Assembly (NCBI GenBank): GCA_034667685.1
Contig: JAXDQU010000124.1
Span: 32,488-96,487, forward strand
Length of the DNA: 64,000 bases
Reading direction: 5' to 3'
Origin: Thermoplasmata archaeon
Lineage (GTDB): Archaea > Thermoplasmatota > SW-10-69-26 > JACQPN01 > JAJPHT01
Both the position numbers and the translations under genes were made by a program. The notes below the pieces were generated by a model. It was not told the DNA's origin. It did not search any database and saw nothing but the letters and a program-made list of their open reading frames with translations. Below are positions 17,783-27,819 of this stretch, piece by piece (position 1 is the first letter of the stretch; each line of letters opens with the position of its first letter).

Positions 17783-19078
17783 TCATCGCGTGACGGTCAG
17801 CCGCCGTCTCCGGTAGAGCCACGCGCCCACGAGGAAGAAGAGCGCGCTGAGGACCACGAGCATCGTCAGCGGCACGGCCTCTTCGCCCAGCCCCTTGCCG
17901 TAGAGCAGCACGTCGCGCAGCGCGCGGTTGGCGTGCGTGGGCGGAAGGATATCATAGGGCTGGACGACGTAGCCGCCGACCTTGAGCAGCGGCACGGCGG
18001 GGATCGGGAAGAACGAGCCCGAGAGGAAGCCCGCGGGGACGCTGAAGAGGATGCCGTAGTTGGCGGCCTCCTGCGACTTGGTCGCGAAGCTCGCGATGAC
18101 GAGGCCGACGCCCACGACGCAGAGCGCCGTCAGGAGCACGATGAGGATGCCGGCCGGGAGCGAGCCGACGTTGTGGTAGCCCATCAGGCGCGCGACGGCG
18201 AACATGAGCAGGACCTCCATCGCGGCGATGACGAGCTGCGCGAGCGAGACGCCGCCGAGCAGCTCGGCCGTGCGGACGCGCGTGATCTTGATCCGCTCCA
18301 GCGTGCCCTTCTCCATCTCCTGCGTGAGGATGGCGGCGCACTGCGGCGCGATGTTGAGCATGCTGTACACCATGAGGCCGGGCACGATGAAGTCGAAGGG
18401 CTCCAGCCTGCTCGACAGGATCGATTCGGTGGTCGTCCCGACGCTCGGGCCGGTCGCGGGCGCAAGGCGCTGCGCGTAGTCGTGGACGACGCCCTGCACG
18501 ATGCCGCCCGCGACGGTGAACGACGCGTACGAGGGGTCGCCCACGAGGCGGATCGTCGCGTTGGGCGCGGGGTCGGGCGCCAGGAGGACGAGGCCGAGGC
18601 GCGCGCCCTGCGCCTGGAACGCCATCGCGCCGAGGCTCTGGGAAAAATTCTCGGGCAGCACGATCATGGCGACGGCGTCGCGCGAGCGCACGAGCCCCGC
18701 GCCCGCGTCCTCGTCCGCGGCGCGGACCACCTCCAGGAGCGGCTTGCCGTCCGCGTAGGTGAGGTTGGCGAGGATGCCGGTGAGGTTGGCGCCGAAGCGC
18801 GCGTCGTCGCCGAAGGCCGCGGCGAGGCCCGCGCGCACGCCCGCGGTGGCGGCGGGCGCCGGCTGCGTGCCGTTGCCCAGCTCGAACGAGGCGAGCGTCG
18901 CGCCGCGGTCGTGGTCCACGACGGCGACCTTGTACGTCTCCTCGGAGCTTCCGCCGCCGAACGCGAAGCCGAAGATCAGCACGAAGAGCATCGGCAGGCC
19001 CAGCGTGAGGAACATGTTGCGCCGGTTGCGGAAGAACTCGCGCAGCGTCTTGCGCGCCACGCTGAGGACCTTACTCAC
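17783..19078 (-). CDS. ABC-2 type transporter permease
   Basis: N-terminal TM, extracellular loop, E.EKGTLERI motif and five C-terminal TMs. Confidence 0.92.
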   Translation of the reverse strand: MSKVLSVARKTLREFFRNRRNMFLTLGLPMLFVLIFGFAFGGGSSEETYKVAVVDHDRGATLASFELGNGTQPAPAATAGVRAGLAAAFGDDARFGANLTGILANLTYADGKPLLEVVRAADEDAGAGLVRSRDAVAMIVLPENFSQSLGAMAFQAQGARLGLVLLAPDPAPNATIRLVGDPSYASFTVAGGIVQGVVHDYAQRLAPATGPSVGTTTESILSSRLEPFDFIVPGLMVYSMLNIAPQCAAILTQEMEKGTLERIKITRVRTAELLGGVSLAQLVIAAMEVLLMFAVARLMGYHNVGSLPAGILIVLLTALCVVGVGLVIASFATKSQEAANYGILFSVPAGFLSGSFFPIPAVPLLKVGGYVVQPYDILPPTHANRALRDVLLYGKGLGEEAVPLTMLVVLSALFFLVGAWLYRRRRLTVTR

Positions 19079-20000
19079 GCAATCCCCTCCCGGTCAGGGT
19101 AACAAAGACGTCTTCGAGCGAGTTGCCCCGGTAACGCAGGTCGTCGATGGGCGCGGCGGCCGCCTCCGCCTCGCGGAAGATGGCGGGGAGGCGCGCGGTG
19201 AGGTCGAGCCCGCGCACGGTGACGGTCGCCTCGCGCTGCGCGACGGTGGCGCCCGGCATGGCCGCGAGCCGCCGCGCCAGGGCCTCGGCGTTGGCGCGCA
19301 CCGTCAGCTCCAGCGCGTCGCCCGCGCCCACGCGGCGCTTGAGGTTGGCCGGCGTGTCGAGCGCGATGAGCTTGCCGTGGTCGATGATCGCCACGCGGTC
19401 GACCAGGCGCTCCGCCTCGTCCATGTTGTGCGTGGTGAAGATGATGGTCTTCTCGCGCCGGAGCCCGTCGATGAACTCGCGCAGCACGACGCGCGCCTGC
19501 GGGTCGAGCCCCGCCTCCGGCTCGTCGAGCACGACGACCTTGGGATCGTGCACGAGCGCCATCGCGACGTTGAGCCGGCGCTTCATGCCGCCCGAGAGCG
19601 CCGCCGCGCGCGCGTCCGCCTTCTCGTCGAGCGAGAGCATGCGGAGCAGCTCCTGGCCGCGCTCGCGCGCCTTCGCGGCGGGCATGCCGTACATCTCGCC
19701 GAGGAACGCGAGGTTCTCCAGCGCGGTCAGGTTCTCCCAGAGGACGACCTCCTGGGGGCAGACGCCCACGAGCCCCTTCGCGCGGCCGCCGCCGGGCTCG
19801 ACGCGCTCGCCGAGGATCTCGACCTCGCCCGCGGTGGGCGGGAGCAGGCCCGTCATCATGCGGATGCTGGTGGTCTTGCCGGCGCCGTTGGGACCCAGGA
19901 AGCCGAACACCTCGCCCTCGGCGATCTCCAGCGAGAGCCCGTCGACGGCGCGGAGCGTCCCGAAGTCCTTGACGAGGTCGCGCGCGACGAGGGCGGGCAC
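19071..20000 (-). CDS. ABC transporter ATP-binding protein (multidrug/ABC-2 type)
   Basis: GPNGAGKT, LSGGMKRR and VLDEP. Confidence 0.95.
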   Translation of the reverse strand: MPALVARDLVKDFGTLRAVDGLSLEIAEGEVFGFLGPNGAGKTTSIRMMTGLLPPTAGEVEILGERVEPGGGRAKGLVGVCPQEVVLWENLTALENLAFLGEMYGMPAAKARERGQELLRMLSLDEKADARAAALSGGMKRRLNVAMALVHDPKVVVLDEPEAGLDPQARVVLREFIDGLRREKTIIFTTHNMDEAERLVDRVAIIDHGKLIALDTPANLKRRVGAGDALELTVRANAEALARRLAAMPGATVAQREATVTVRGLDLTARLPAIFREAEAAAAPIDDLRYRGNSLEDVFVTLTGRGLRE

Positions 20001-20090
20001 GCGCCGCGCATGCCCGCGGGGCGGCTTGAATGGAAAGGGATCTCGGCGCCGCAAAGCAGCTTTATGCCGCGAGGCGGCGTGGGCCGCGTC

Positions 20091-21398
20091 ATGGCGGTCC
20101 GGCCCGCGCGGGCGCTCCTTCTCGCGGCGCTCGTCGGGCTCGCCGGATCGGCCGCAGGCTGCGCGAAGCTCACCGGCCTCCAGGAGACGCCCACGCAGAG
20201 CGGCTTCCGCATCGTGGGCGCGCGCCTGGCGGGGAACGACTCGGCGGCGCACCTCGTCCTCGACTACGCGAGCGGCGTCTCCTCGCTCGTCGTCAGCGTC
20301 ACCTCGCCCTCCGGGACGGTCCTGGGCACGCAGGCCGCGGCGCGCTCGCCGGCGAACATCCCCCTTCCTCCGCTCGCGTCGTACTACGACGGCCGCGGCC
20401 CGCTCACGCTCCGGATCGTCGCGAGCGACGGGAAGGGGGCGCGCCTCGCGTCCGAGGATTACGCGTTCTACGCGCCCCGCCTCGCGATGCCGGGCGCCGC
20501 GCGCGCCGTGGGCGAGCAGGGAGCCGGCCTTGCCGTCGCGTTGCGCAACACGGGCGATGCTCCCGCCGTGCCCGCCGGCGCGACGCTCCGCGTGGATGGT
20601 GACGCCTACGTCGCGCGCGTGCGCAACGGCACCGTCTACCCCGATCCGCAGCAGACCACGACGATCCTCCTCGACGTGCCCGGCCTGGGCCTCGCGCCCG
20701 GCCCGCACGTCGTGGAGGCGGAGGTCGATTTCGCCAACGCGCCTCCGCTCGTGGTCAACGCCACCGGGGCCGCGGGGATCCTCGTCGACGCGGCGCCCCT
20801 GGGCTGGGACGAGGCGGGGCTCACGGGACTGCGGCTCACCCTCGCGGGCCGCGGCAGCCTGCCCGTCGCGGTGGAGAACGTCACGCTCGCGTTCCAGAAC
20901 GAGTCCACGACGCAGCCGCTCCACGCGCTCGTGAGCGCCGCCGCGCCGGCAAGGCTCGACGTCGCGCGTCCCGCCGGCACCGCGCTGCGCCCCGCCAACG
21001 GCCACGACGCGCTCGACCTGCGCCTCGCGGACGCGCAGAACGCCACGCTCGCCGAGCGCAATCTCACGTTCTGGTCCGGCGCGCCCGCGCTCAATCTGAC
21101 CGGCGCGACGTTCCGCTGCGAGCCGTCGCCCGGCCCCTGCACGCTCGCCTCCGCCACGCTCCGCTTCGACCAGACGAACGACTCGACGCGCTACGTGGGC
21201 GCCTACCGCCTCTCGCTCGGAGGCGTGAACGCGACGCTCGCGCCGCCGCTCAGCCTGCACCAGGGCCCGGTCGTGGACGACCTCGCGCTCGCCGTGGGCC
21301 CGCTGCGCCGCGGCCTCGCCAACCTCAGCGTCTCCGCGCTGGGCCTCGACGGATCGACGATCGCCTCGACGCGCGCCCGCGTCGACGTCAGCGGGTGA
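20091..21398 (+). CDS. Secreted lipoprotein with Ig-like beta domains
   Basis: Signal peptide ending AAGC; beta-rich with many N-x-S/T sequons; TTTATG about 27 nt upstream. Confidence 0.75.
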   Translation: MAVRPARALLLAALVGLAGSAAGCAKLTGLQETPTQSGFRIVGARLAGNDSAAHLVLDYASGVSSLVVSVTSPSGTVLGTQAAARSPANIPLPPLASYYDGRGPLTLRIVASDGKGARLASEDYAFYAPRLAMPGAARAVGEQGAGLAVALRNTGDAPAVPAGATLRVDGDAYVARVRNGTVYPDPQQTTTILLDVPGLGLAPGPHVVEAEVDFANAPPLVVNATGAAGILVDAAPLGWDEAGLTGLRLTLAGRGSLPVAVENVTLAFQNESTTQPLHALVSAAAPARLDVARPAGTALRPANGHDALDLRLADAQNATLAERNLTFWSGAPALNLTGATFRCEPSPGPCTLASATLRFDQTNDSTRYVGAYRLSLGGVNATLAPPLSLHQGPVVDDLALAVGPLRRGLANLSVSALGLDGSTIASTRARVDVSG

Positions 21399-21404
21399 AC
21401 GCGC

Positions 21405-22271
21405 ATGCGATCCGCCGCGCGCAACGCGCTGGCCGCCCTGCTTCTCGTCGCGGCGGTGGGCGCGCTCGTGGTGCTCGTGGTGGGCCTCCAGGCGCCCGAC
21501 ACCGGCGGAGGCGGCCAGGAGGGCTCGCAGGTCACGCTGCCCACGCCGAGCTTCCCGACGCCCACGCCCTGCAACGCGACGACGCCTTCGCCTTCGCCCT
21601 CGCCCGCGTCGGCCGCCCTCGCCCTTCCGATCGGCGTCGTCCCGCGTCGGAAGGCGCGCTGGCTGCTCGCGCCGCTCGGCCTCGCCGCGCTGGGCGGCTG
21701 CGCCTCGTCGGGCTGCAACCCGCCCACCGGCACGCCGCCCTCGGTCACGTTCCCCAACTCCGGCTCGCCCGGCACCGGCGGCGGGACTGGCGGCGGCAAC
21801 GGCCCGGGGAACGGCGCGGGCACGGGCAGCGGCTCCGCGCCCGACCCGATTACGCTCCCCACGGGCCTGCTCTGGATCCTGCTCGCGGTCGTCCTCGCGC
21901 TCGCCGTCGTGGCCGCCGTCGTCCTGCTATCACGCCGCCGCGCCAAGGCCGCGCTCGCCGTCCCGCCGCCGCCCTCCGCGCCCGCGCTCGCCGAGGCCGA
22001 GGCCGCGCTTGCCCTCGCGGAGCCGGGCCCGCCGCACGACGTCATCGCCGCGTACGTCGAGGCGCTCCGGGCGCTCGCGGGCGCGGGCGTCGTGCGCGCC
22101 GGCTGGGAGACGCCGCGCGAGCTGGCGGCGCGCGCGCCCGAGGCCGCGCAGGAGCCCCTGCGCCAGCTCACGCGCATGTACGAGGGCGTGCGCCACGGCG
22201 GCCACGCGCCGGGCGAGGAGGGCGTCGCGCGCGCCCGCGCCCACGCGCAGGAGGTGCGGCAGCGCCTATGA
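21405..22271 (+). CDS. DUF4129-domain membrane protein
   Basis: C-terminal V..AY...L...G..R..WETPRE...L..LT..YE..R.G pattern, plus TMs. Confidence 0.8.
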   Translation: MRSAARNALAALLLVAAVGALVVLVVGLQAPDTGGGGQEGSQVTLPTPSFPTPTPCNATTPSPSPSPASAALALPIGVVPRRKARWLLAPLGLAALGGCASSGCNPPTGTPPSVTFPNSGSPGTGGGTGGGNGPGNGAGTGSGSAPDPITLPTGLLWILLAVVLALAVVAAVVLLSRRRAKAALAVPPPPSAPALAEAEAALALAEPGPPHDVIAAYVEALRALAGAGVVRAGWETPRELAARAPEAAQEPLRQLTRMYEGVRHGGHAPGEEGVARARAHAQEVRQRL

Positions 22272-22729
22272 CCCACGCGCTCTCCGTCACGCTGGGCGTC
22301 GTCGCGGGGCTCGCCGCGGGCGCGCTCGCGATCCGCTTCGTCGCCAAGGCGCCCGTCGTGCGCCCGCTCCCCCCGCCGCCGCGCGCCCAGGCGCCGCGCC
22401 CCGGCCCCGCCGCGGCGATGGTGCAATATTCCACGGGCGCCAAGGCGCTCGCGGCGCGTCTCGAGCCCAGCGCGCGCGATCTTGTCGCCGCGTGGCTGCG
22501 CGAGGGCCACCGCGCGGACGCGCTGCCCGCCTCGCTCCGGCACCTCATGGCCGGCGGATCGGCGGACGAGTGGGCGCGCGCGAAGCGCCAGGCCGCCTGG
22601 CGCGGGCCCGACTTCCTCTTTCCCGCCTGGAGCTTCCTCGCCGAGCGGCTGGAGCGCGACGACGCGCGCGCCGCGCGTTGGCTCGACGAGATGACCCGGG
22701 ACCTGATCGCCACGGTGGAGCACCCATGA
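22268..22729 (+). CDS. Hypothetical membrane-anchored protein
   Basis: N-terminal TM; ATGA overlaps on both sides. Confidence 0.7.
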   Translation: MTHALSVTLGVVAGLAAGALAIRFVAKAPVVRPLPPPPRAQAPRPGPAAAMVQYSTGAKALAARLEPSARDLVAAWLREGHRADALPASLRHLMAGGSADEWARAKRQAAWRGPDFLFPAWSFLAERLERDDARAARWLDEMTRDLIATVEHP

Positions 22730-23709
22730 CCACGTACGCCGAGATCGCCGCGAAGCTGCGCACCCTGCAAGCCGAGGTCGCCAAGGTGGTCGTGGGCAAG
22801 GAGGCCGTGCTGGAGCGCGCCTGCCTCGCCCTCGCCGCCGAAGGCCACGTCCTGCTGGAGGACAACCCGGGCCTCGCCAAGACGCTCATGGTCAAGTCGT
22901 TCTCCCAGGCGCTCGGCATTCCGTTCCGCCGCGTGCAGTTCACGCCCGACCTGCTGCCCGCTGATATCACCGGCTCGTTCTTCTTCAACCTGCAGGCCAA
23001 CAAGTTCGAGATCCGGAAGGGGCCCATCTTCACGAGCTTCCTGCTCGCGGACGAGATCAACCGCGCGCCGCCCAAGACGCAGAGCGCGCTTCTCGAGGCG
23101 ATGCAGGAGCGCCAGACGACGCTCGAAGGCGAGACGCACGCGCTGCCCAGCCCCTTCTTCGTCTTCGCCACGCAGAACCCCATCGAGATCGAGGGCACCT
23201 ACCCGCTCCCCGAGGCGCAGCTCGACCGGTTCCTGATGCGCCTCTCCGTGGGCTACCCGAGCCCGGCGGCCGAGGTCGAGATGCTGCGCCGCCGGGACGC
23301 CGCGAAGCAGGACGAGACCAAGCTCGCGCCCGTGATGAGCGTGGAGGAGCTTCGCGCGATCCAGCGCGCGACGGAGCAGGTGCGCCTCGACGACGCGAAC
23401 AAGGAGTACATCGTGCGGCTCGTCAATGCCACGCGGCAGGACCCGCGCCTTCAGCTTGGCGCCTCGCCGCGCGGGAGCCTCGCGCTCTTCAAGCTCGGCA
23501 AGGCGCACGCGATGATGCAGGGGCGCGGCTACGTCGTGCCCGACGATATCAAGGCGATCGCCGAGGCGGCGCTCGCGCATCGCCTCGTGGTGCGCCCCGA
23601 GATGCGCGTGCGGGGCCTACGCGCCGAGCAGGTCGTGCAGGAGGCGCTGCGCAGCGTGCCCGCCCCCGCGCCGCCGGCCCCGACCTCGTTCGGCGTGGCG
23701 GGAGGCTGA
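22726..23709 (+). CDS. MoxR family AAA+ ATPase
   Basis: HVLLEDNPGLAKT, RVQFTPDLLP, DEINRAPPKTQSALLEAM and YPLPEAQLDRF. Confidence 0.95.
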   Translation: MTTYAEIAAKLRTLQAEVAKVVVGKEAVLERACLALAAEGHVLLEDNPGLAKTLMVKSFSQALGIPFRRVQFTPDLLPADITGSFFFNLQANKFEIRKGPIFTSFLLADEINRAPPKTQSALLEAMQERQTTLEGETHALPSPFFVFATQNPIEIEGTYPLPEAQLDRFLMRLSVGYPSPAAEVEMLRRRDAAKQDETKLAPVMSVEELRAIQRATEQVRLDDANKEYIVRLVNATRQDPRLQLGASPRGSLALFKLGKAHAMMQGRGYVVPDDIKAIAEAALAHRLVVRPEMRVRGLRAEQVVQEALRSVPAPAPPAPTSFGVAGG

Positions 23710-23711
23710 AG

Positions 23712-24977
23712 TTGCTCACGCGCAAGGGCGCGCTGCTGGCGGCCGCGCTCGTGGGCGTCGTCTCGCTGGCGCTCCTGGCGCGCTCGTGGGTGCTGGCGCT
23801 CGCCGCGCTCCCGCTGCTCGCCGCCTTCGGCGCCGGGCTCGCCCGCGCGCTGCTGCCCGCGCCGCGCCCCGTGGCCCGCGCCGAGCATGCGCCCGAGCGC
23901 GCGCTGGCGGGCGACGAGGCTGATATCACGGTCGTCGTGCGGGGCGCGCGGACGGGGCTCTGCGAGGTCGCCTTCCAGCCGCACCCCTTCCTCGAGCTGG
24001 AGAAAGGCGCCCCCGTCGCCCTGCGCCCGCTCTCGCCGCGCGACCCGGCGCGCTTCGACCTGCGCCTGAAGACCGCCGTGCGCGGGCGCGTGCCCCTGGG
24101 CGAGGCCGTCGCGCGCGAGCGGAGCCTCTTCGGCGTGCTCTCACGCGAGGGGCGCGCGCACGTCGAGCGGGAGGTCGTCGTGCTCCCGCGCTGGGAGCCG
24201 CTGCCCGAGATCCGCTGGCTCGCGCGGCGCCCTCGCGCGCTCCCCGTGGGCACCAGCATCGCGCGGCCCGGCGCGGGCGACGAGTTCTACGCGCTGCGCC
24301 AGTACCTCCCCGGCGACCCGATCGACAGCGTGAACTGGAAGCAGACCGCGAAGCTGGGCCGCCCGATCGTCAACGAGCACGAGCTGCAGGCGCCGGCGGA
24401 CGTCCTCGTGGCGCTCGACGCGCGGGTGAGCGTGCACGCGGGGGCGGGCTATCATTCCACCTTCGAGGCCGCCGTCCGCGCGTGCGTCTCGATCAGCGAG
24501 CGCGCGCTGGCCTCCCGCGCCAAGGTCGGCCTGCTCGTGCTGGGCGCCCGCCTCGCGTGGATCCACCCCGCGCACGGCCGCCGCCAGCAGGAGAAGATCG
24601 TCGAGCACCTGCTCTCGGCCTTCCCGGGCGGCGACTACGACCTCGCCGACGCTTTGCTATCGCTTCCCCCGACCGTCGTCCCGCGCGCGGCCACCGTCGT
24701 CCTCGTCACGACGGGGTACGGGGACGCGCGGCTCCCGCGCGCGGTCGAGACGTTCGCGGCCTCCGGCGTGCGCGCGGTGCTCGTCGCCGTCTCCCCCGAG
24801 GCGTGCGAGATGGCCTCGGGCGACCTCACGCCGCAGGGCGAGGCCGCGGCGCGCGTGCTCATGGCGGAGCGGACGCGCTGGCTCGACGCGCTGCGCGGCG
24901 CGGGCGCCGACGTCGTCGCGTGGGACCCGCGCCAGCCGCTCGCGATCCCGCTCTCGCTCCTGGAGGCGCGCCGGTGA
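23712..24977 (+). CDS. DUF58 (vWA-like) domain protein
   Basis: GDEFYALRQYLPGDP..SVNWKQTA; follows MoxR. Confidence 0.9.
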   Translation: MLTRKGALLAAALVGVVSLALLARSWVLALAALPLLAAFGAGLARALLPAPRPVARAEHAPERALAGDEADITVVVRGARTGLCEVAFQPHPFLELEKGAPVALRPLSPRDPARFDLRLKTAVRGRVPLGEAVARERSLFGVLSREGRAHVEREVVVLPRWEPLPEIRWLARRPRALPVGTSIARPGAGDEFYALRQYLPGDPIDSVNWKQTAKLGRPIVNEHELQAPADVLVALDARVSVHAGAGYHSTFEAAVRACVSISERALASRAKVGLLVLGARLAWIHPAHGRRQQEKIVEHLLSAFPGGDYDLADALLSLPPTVVPRAATVVLVTTGYGDARLPRAVETFAASGVRAVLVAVSPEACEMASGDLTPQGEAAARVLMAERTRWLDALRGAGADVVAWDPRQPLAIPLSLLEARR

Positions 24978-25711
24978 GGACGCCCCCGCTCGTCCCCGCG
25001 CTCGCCCTCGCGCTCGCGTTCGCCGCGGCGGGCGGGATCGCGCAGGCGGGGCCCGACCTCGGCGCGTGGACCCAGCCCGCCCTCGTCGCGGGGCTCGCGT
25101 TCGCGCTGGGCCTCGCCGCGTCGTTCGCCCTCGCCCTCCTCGCCTCGCGCGACCCGGAGCGCGGCTGGGCCCTCTCGCGCCCCGCAGGCCTGGGCATCCT
25201 CGTCGTCGCGGGCGTCGCCGGCTTCCTCGCGGGCGTCGGGCCAGGCGCCGCGCTCGCCTCGGGCCTGGGCGCCGGCTGGCTCGCGGGGCGCAAGGGCGTG
25301 CATGCCTCCGACGTCGCGTTCCTGGGCGCCGCGGGGCTCGTCGCGGCCGGCGTGGCGCTCCAGCCCTCCGCGTGGAATGATAGCACGACGTTCCTCGCGC
25401 CCGCGGCGACGGTGGCGCTGGCCCTCGCGGCGCGCGAGGCGTGGGACCTCGCGGACCTGCGCCGCGCCGCCCGCGAGCGCGCGATCGACGCGCCGGTGGA
25501 CGACCGATCGTGGGGCGCGCTCCTCGCGGCGCTCGTGGTCCTCGCGGGCGCCACGCTGGCGGGGCTCGTCCTGGGTCTCACGCGGGACGCGTGGCAGGCG
25601 TTGGGCCTGAGCGATATCTCGATCCGCATCGGGGCCGCGACGATCCTGCTCGCTTCGGTGGTCGGGCTCGCGCGGCTGTTCCTGCCGGCGCGGACGCGCG
25701 CGAGGGGCTGA
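24974..25711 (+). CDS. Polytopic membrane protein
   Basis: Multiple hydrophobic segments; GTGA overlap with the DUF58 gene. Confidence 0.7.
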   Translation: MRTPPLVPALALALAFAAAGGIAQAGPDLGAWTQPALVAGLAFALGLAASFALALLASRDPERGWALSRPAGLGILVVAGVAGFLAGVGPGAALASGLGAGWLAGRKGVHASDVAFLGAAGLVAAGVALQPSAWNDSTTFLAPAATVALALAAREAWDLADLRRAARERAIDAPVDDRSWGALLAALVVLAGATLAGLVLGLTRDAWQALGLSDISIRIGAATILLASVVGLARLFLPARTRARG

Positions 25712-25722
25712 GGGCCCCCGGC

Positions 25723-26793
25723 TCACTCGTTCTCCGGGCCTTTGGCGGCCGTCTCGCGCAGCGGCACCACGACGTATCGGCTCCCCGCGCCGACGCCTTC
25801 CCGCCGGAGGAAACCCAGGTCCTCGAGCTCGGCGAGGCGACGGATCACCGTTCGGCGGCTGTCGTCGAGGAAGACGTCGCGCACGTCGCCCAGGCGGAAC
25901 CTGTCGACGCGGTGGACGTAGGCGTGCTCCAGAAGGCGCCGCGAGGAGGCAGGGACCTTGGGGGGGATCCGCTGGAGCCTCTGCGCGAGAAGGTGCGCGC
26001 GCTGGTAGCCATGGTGGAGCTGCGCGCCGAAGTAGCCAACCCAATACTCGAGGTCGCCCGCGTCGCCGCGCGCGAGCGCGAGGTAGTACTCTTGCCGATC
26101 TTCGTTGATCGCGTCGTCGACCGGCGCGTAACGGATGCCTTCCAGCCCTCCGGCGGACAGGAGAAAGAGCGCCGCGAGCCGGCCCACGCGACCGTTGCCG
26201 TCGCCGAAGGGGTGGATGCGTTGGAAGCCGTGGAAGAAGATCGCGGCGCGCGCGACGAGCGGAAGCTTGCCTCGCGTCCGATTGTACCAGGAGAGCAGGC
26301 TCTCGAGGTCTTCCTCGGTCCGCTCCCTGGGCGAGGTTTCGAGCGTCCGCCACGGCGTGGCGACGACGTTGTCACGCTCCTTCCATCGTCCCGGCCGCGC
26401 TTCGTTCTGCAGCGGCACCTCGCGGAAATACTCCTGGTGGAGCAGCCGGACGTCCTCGGCGCTCGCGTCGAAGTCGCTCGTGGGCAGGTCCTCGACGAGG
26501 CGGAAGTAGTTGATGACCTCGCGCTCGGTGGGCAGGATCTTGGTCGCGCCGGCCGCGCCGCGCTCGTAGGCTTCGTAGAGCGCCTCGACGCGGGCGAGCT
26601 CGATGGGACCGGCGTCGATGTTGGTGGTGCCCCAGGAGTTGCGGATGAGCGCGTAGCGGTAGAGGCTCCGGCGCACGTCCGTGGTGAAGGCGTCGCTGGG
26701 AAGGAGCTTGTCGAGCCGCTCGATCCGAGACTCCGTCTCCTCGTGGAACGGAGTCGCCACGAAATCCTCGCGCGGCACCATCAAAGGTGACAT
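25723..26793 (-). CDS. Fic family protein with C-terminal wHTH
   Basis: Canonical HPFGDGNGRVGR motif; C-terminal SRRTVIRRLAELEDLGFLRREG...SRY. Confidence 0.92.
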   Translation of the reverse strand: MSPLMVPREDFVATPFHEETESRIERLDKLLPSDAFTTDVRRSLYRYALIRNSWGTTNIDAGPIELARVEALYEAYERGAAGATKILPTEREVINYFRLVEDLPTSDFDASAEDVRLLHQEYFREVPLQNEARPGRWKERDNVVATPWRTLETSPRERTEEDLESLLSWYNRTRGKLPLVARAAIFFHGFQRIHPFGDGNGRVGRLAALFLLSAGGLEGIRYAPVDDAINEDRQEYYLALARGDAGDLEYWVGYFGAQLHHGYQRAHLLAQRLQRIPPKVPASSRRLLEHAYVHRVDRFRLGDVRDVFLDDSRRTVIRRLAELEDLGFLRREGVGAGSRYVVVPLRETAAKGPENE

Positions 26794-26836
26794 TGTGCCA
26801 TTATAGTATAAGAACATTCGCCATCAATGGCACAAT
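26792..26836. promoter_or_regulatory. Putative fic promoter/operator: 11-bp inverted repeat around a TATA-like core
   Basis: ATTGTGCCATT (26792-26802) and AATGGCACAAT (26826-26836) flank the AT-rich ATAGTATAAG. Confidence 0.6.
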
Positions 26837-26859
26837 CTTTGGTGCCAAGGTGGGGCACC

Positions 26860-27819
26860 TCAGCCCGCGATCGGCCCAAGCTCCTTCGCGAGCGCCGCCG
26901 CGGTGAGGCGGATCGCCTCGGCGCTGCCGTGCCTGGGCTTCCAGCCGAGCTTCTTGATCTTCTCGTTGGCGAGGCCCATGCGGCGCACGTCGCCCTTCCA
27001 GCCGCCCGAGCCCGCCGCGCCCGTCGCGACGAGCTGGACGTCCTTCAGCCCCCACGCGGAGATGGCGGCGCGCGCCAGGTCGAAGACGTCGATGGCGTCA
27101 TCGCTGCCGATGTTGTAGGCGTCGTAGCGCTCCGGGAAGCGCTCGGCGGCGAAGAGCATCGCGCTCACGCAGTCGTCCACGTGGCAGTAGCTCTTGAGCT
27201 GCTTGCCGTCGCCGAGGATCTCCAGGCGCTTCGGGCTCGCCTTGAGCTTGTGGTAGAAGTCGTAGGTGACGCCGTGCGTGGAGCGCGGGCCGACGATGTT
27301 CGCGAAGCGGAACGAGAGCCCCTGCATGTCGAACGTGCTGCAGTACGCGCTGATGAGCGCCTCGCTGCCCAGCTTGGAGGCGCCGTAGAGGCTGATCGGG
27401 TGGAGCGGCGCGTACTCCTCCGGCGTCGGGATCGTCTTCGCCTCGCCGTAGACCGTGCTCGTGCTGGTGAACGCGATGCGCTTGACGCCCGCGACGCGCA
27501 TGGCCTCCAGCACGCGCAGCGTCGCGATGACGTTCTGCTGCACGTGGACCTCGGCGCGCAGGCCGCTGGTCCGCACGTCCGGGTCGGCCGCGACGTGCCA
27601 GACGATGTGCGCGCCCTTCATCGCGATGGCGGCGTCGGCCGTGTCGAGCACGTCGGCGTGCACGAAATGATAGCGCGGGTCGCCCTTGTGCGCGGCGAGG
27701 AACGACTCCTTGCCGGCGCTCAGGTTGTCGTAGACGACGACCTCGTCGCCGCGCGCCAGGAGAGCGTCCACGAGGTGGCTTCCGATGAAGCCCGCGCCAC
27801 CTGTCACGACGTGACGCAT
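26860..27819 (-). CDS. NAD-dependent epimerase/dehydratase (GalE-like extended SDR)
   Basis: TGGAGFIGS and YGASK motifs. Confidence 0.93.
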   Translation of the reverse strand: MRHVVTGGAGFIGSHLVDALLARGDEVVVYDNLSAGKESFLAAHKGDPRYHFVHADVLDTADAAIAMKGAHIVWHVAADPDVRTSGLRAEVHVQQNVIATLRVLEAMRVAGVKRIAFTSTSTVYGEAKTIPTPEEYAPLHPISLYGASKLGSEALISAYCSTFDMQGLSFRFANIVGPRSTHGVTYDFYHKLKASPKRLEILGDGKQLKSYCHVDDCVSAMLFAAERFPERYDAYNIGSDDAIDVFDLARAAISAWGLKDVQLVATGAAGSGGWKGDVRRMGLANEKIKKLGWKPRHGSAEAIRLTAAALAKELGPIAG

